DNA of 63,986 bases, counting the filler, from Octopus bimaculoides (Eukaryota), in assembly GCF_001194135.2 (NCBI RefSeq). It is 6 parts of 5 records of this genome, joined end to end, with 100 filler letters (N's around TTAATTAATTAA, not from the genome) between each part and the next. Parts side by side here need not be neighbours in the genome. Positions count along the whole stretch, not along the records: positions 62,844 to 63,986 come from NC_068999.1; 5 more parts are not named here. One strand, 5' to 3'. Positions 63,105-63,986 of the stretch are shown here, piece after piece (the stretch's first letter is position 1; every line of letters starts with the position of its first letter). The position numbers and the translations under genes were made by a program. The notes under the pieces were generated by a model. The model ran no database searches. It was not told the origin of the DNA and saw nothing but the letters and a program-made list of their open reading frames with translations.

Positions 63105-63275
63105 ATTTTCGGGCTTCTTTCAGTTTCCGTCCTGTCTACAAAAATCCAGTGACAAGGCTTTGGTTGATCCAAGGCTATAGTAGAAGACACTCATCCAAGG
63201 TGCCACGCAGTGGTACTGAACCCGGAACAATACGGTTGGGAAGCAAGTTTCTTACCACACAGCCACGCCTGCGCC
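63105..63275 (-). mobile_element. SINE family A, 5' half
   Basis: CTTTCAGTTTCC...CCAAGGTGCCACGCAGTGGTACTGAACCCGG...ACCACACAGCCAC. Confidence 0.88.
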
Positions 63276-63466
63276 TATGTTGATATTTTGCTTAGTGTTA
63301 CCATGAATATAGATCTATAACTGTTCCAAAACTGTTCGACATAAGTAATGGTGGTGGGATGGAATCTGCTTTCACATATTACAAAAGAATGCTGCAATAG
63401 AGTATAGTCATTGTCTGTTTTGATTCGAACGCTGATGGCTGAGCAGATATTTATGTGTGTGTGTGC

Positions 63467-63517
<51 letters not shown>

Positions 63518-63843
63518 CTGTATCTCATAAACCTCAGCTATTCTTCTGAATTTGAATACACTCTTAATCACCGACAACGGAGAAACGTTGAGGCGAAATC
63601 AAGCGCCACACTCGTTCTGAAATGGAATTCGTTGCAAATTGCATTCGAATTTTACCGAAGAAAGATTTTGCACAAGAAAGACAGAAAGAAAAACAAAACA
63701 AACGAACAAACAAACAAAAAACTACTTATGTGAAGGAGTACGTTACTCAGTTTTCAAACCATCATCATAGTCCCCGTTCCCCTCATCCCCACTCTTCTTT
63801 CCTCGTGTGTGTTTCACATTCTGTCTCTATTCCACTATTCTAC

Positions 63844-63903
<60 letters not shown>

Positions 63904-63986
63904 GGATAAATAGATAGATAGATGGATGGAAAACAACAAAACAGAAGTCTGTATGTGGGAGACTTGCGAACGTTTTTTTCTTTGTT

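Overview
AT-rich, microsatellite-saturated eukaryotic DNA with many N gaps. The SINE families and repeat landscape suggest an octopod cephalopod such as Octopus (inference, not shown directly). Five 100-bp spacers (N44-TTAATTAATTAA-N44) split the window into six pieces that may not be truly adjacent. I found no intact host gene, only weak candidate exons and one plausible minus-strand promoter/first exon near 49.6-49.9 kb. Most ORF-track entries are microsatellite or gap artefacts. Recognisable content is decayed mobile DNA: (1) mariner/Tc1 transposons, including a head-to-head two-5'-end derivative; (2) at least four Penelope-like (PLE) ORF remnants; (3) R4/Dong-type, Tx1/L1-type, RTE-type and other LINE fragments, several sitting inside tetranucleotide microsatellites; (4) several tRNA-derived SINE families. 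The most interesting signal is RNA-structural: several repeat families carry minimal type-I hammerhead-ribozyme (HHR) folds with a palindromic stem III and 8-nt core variants (CUGAUGAA, CUGUUGAA, CCGAUGAA). One of these is a tRNA-headed SINE (17514-17778) with an essentially intact PLE-type hammerhead in its tail. All assignments are by eye; no database searches or folding programs were run.
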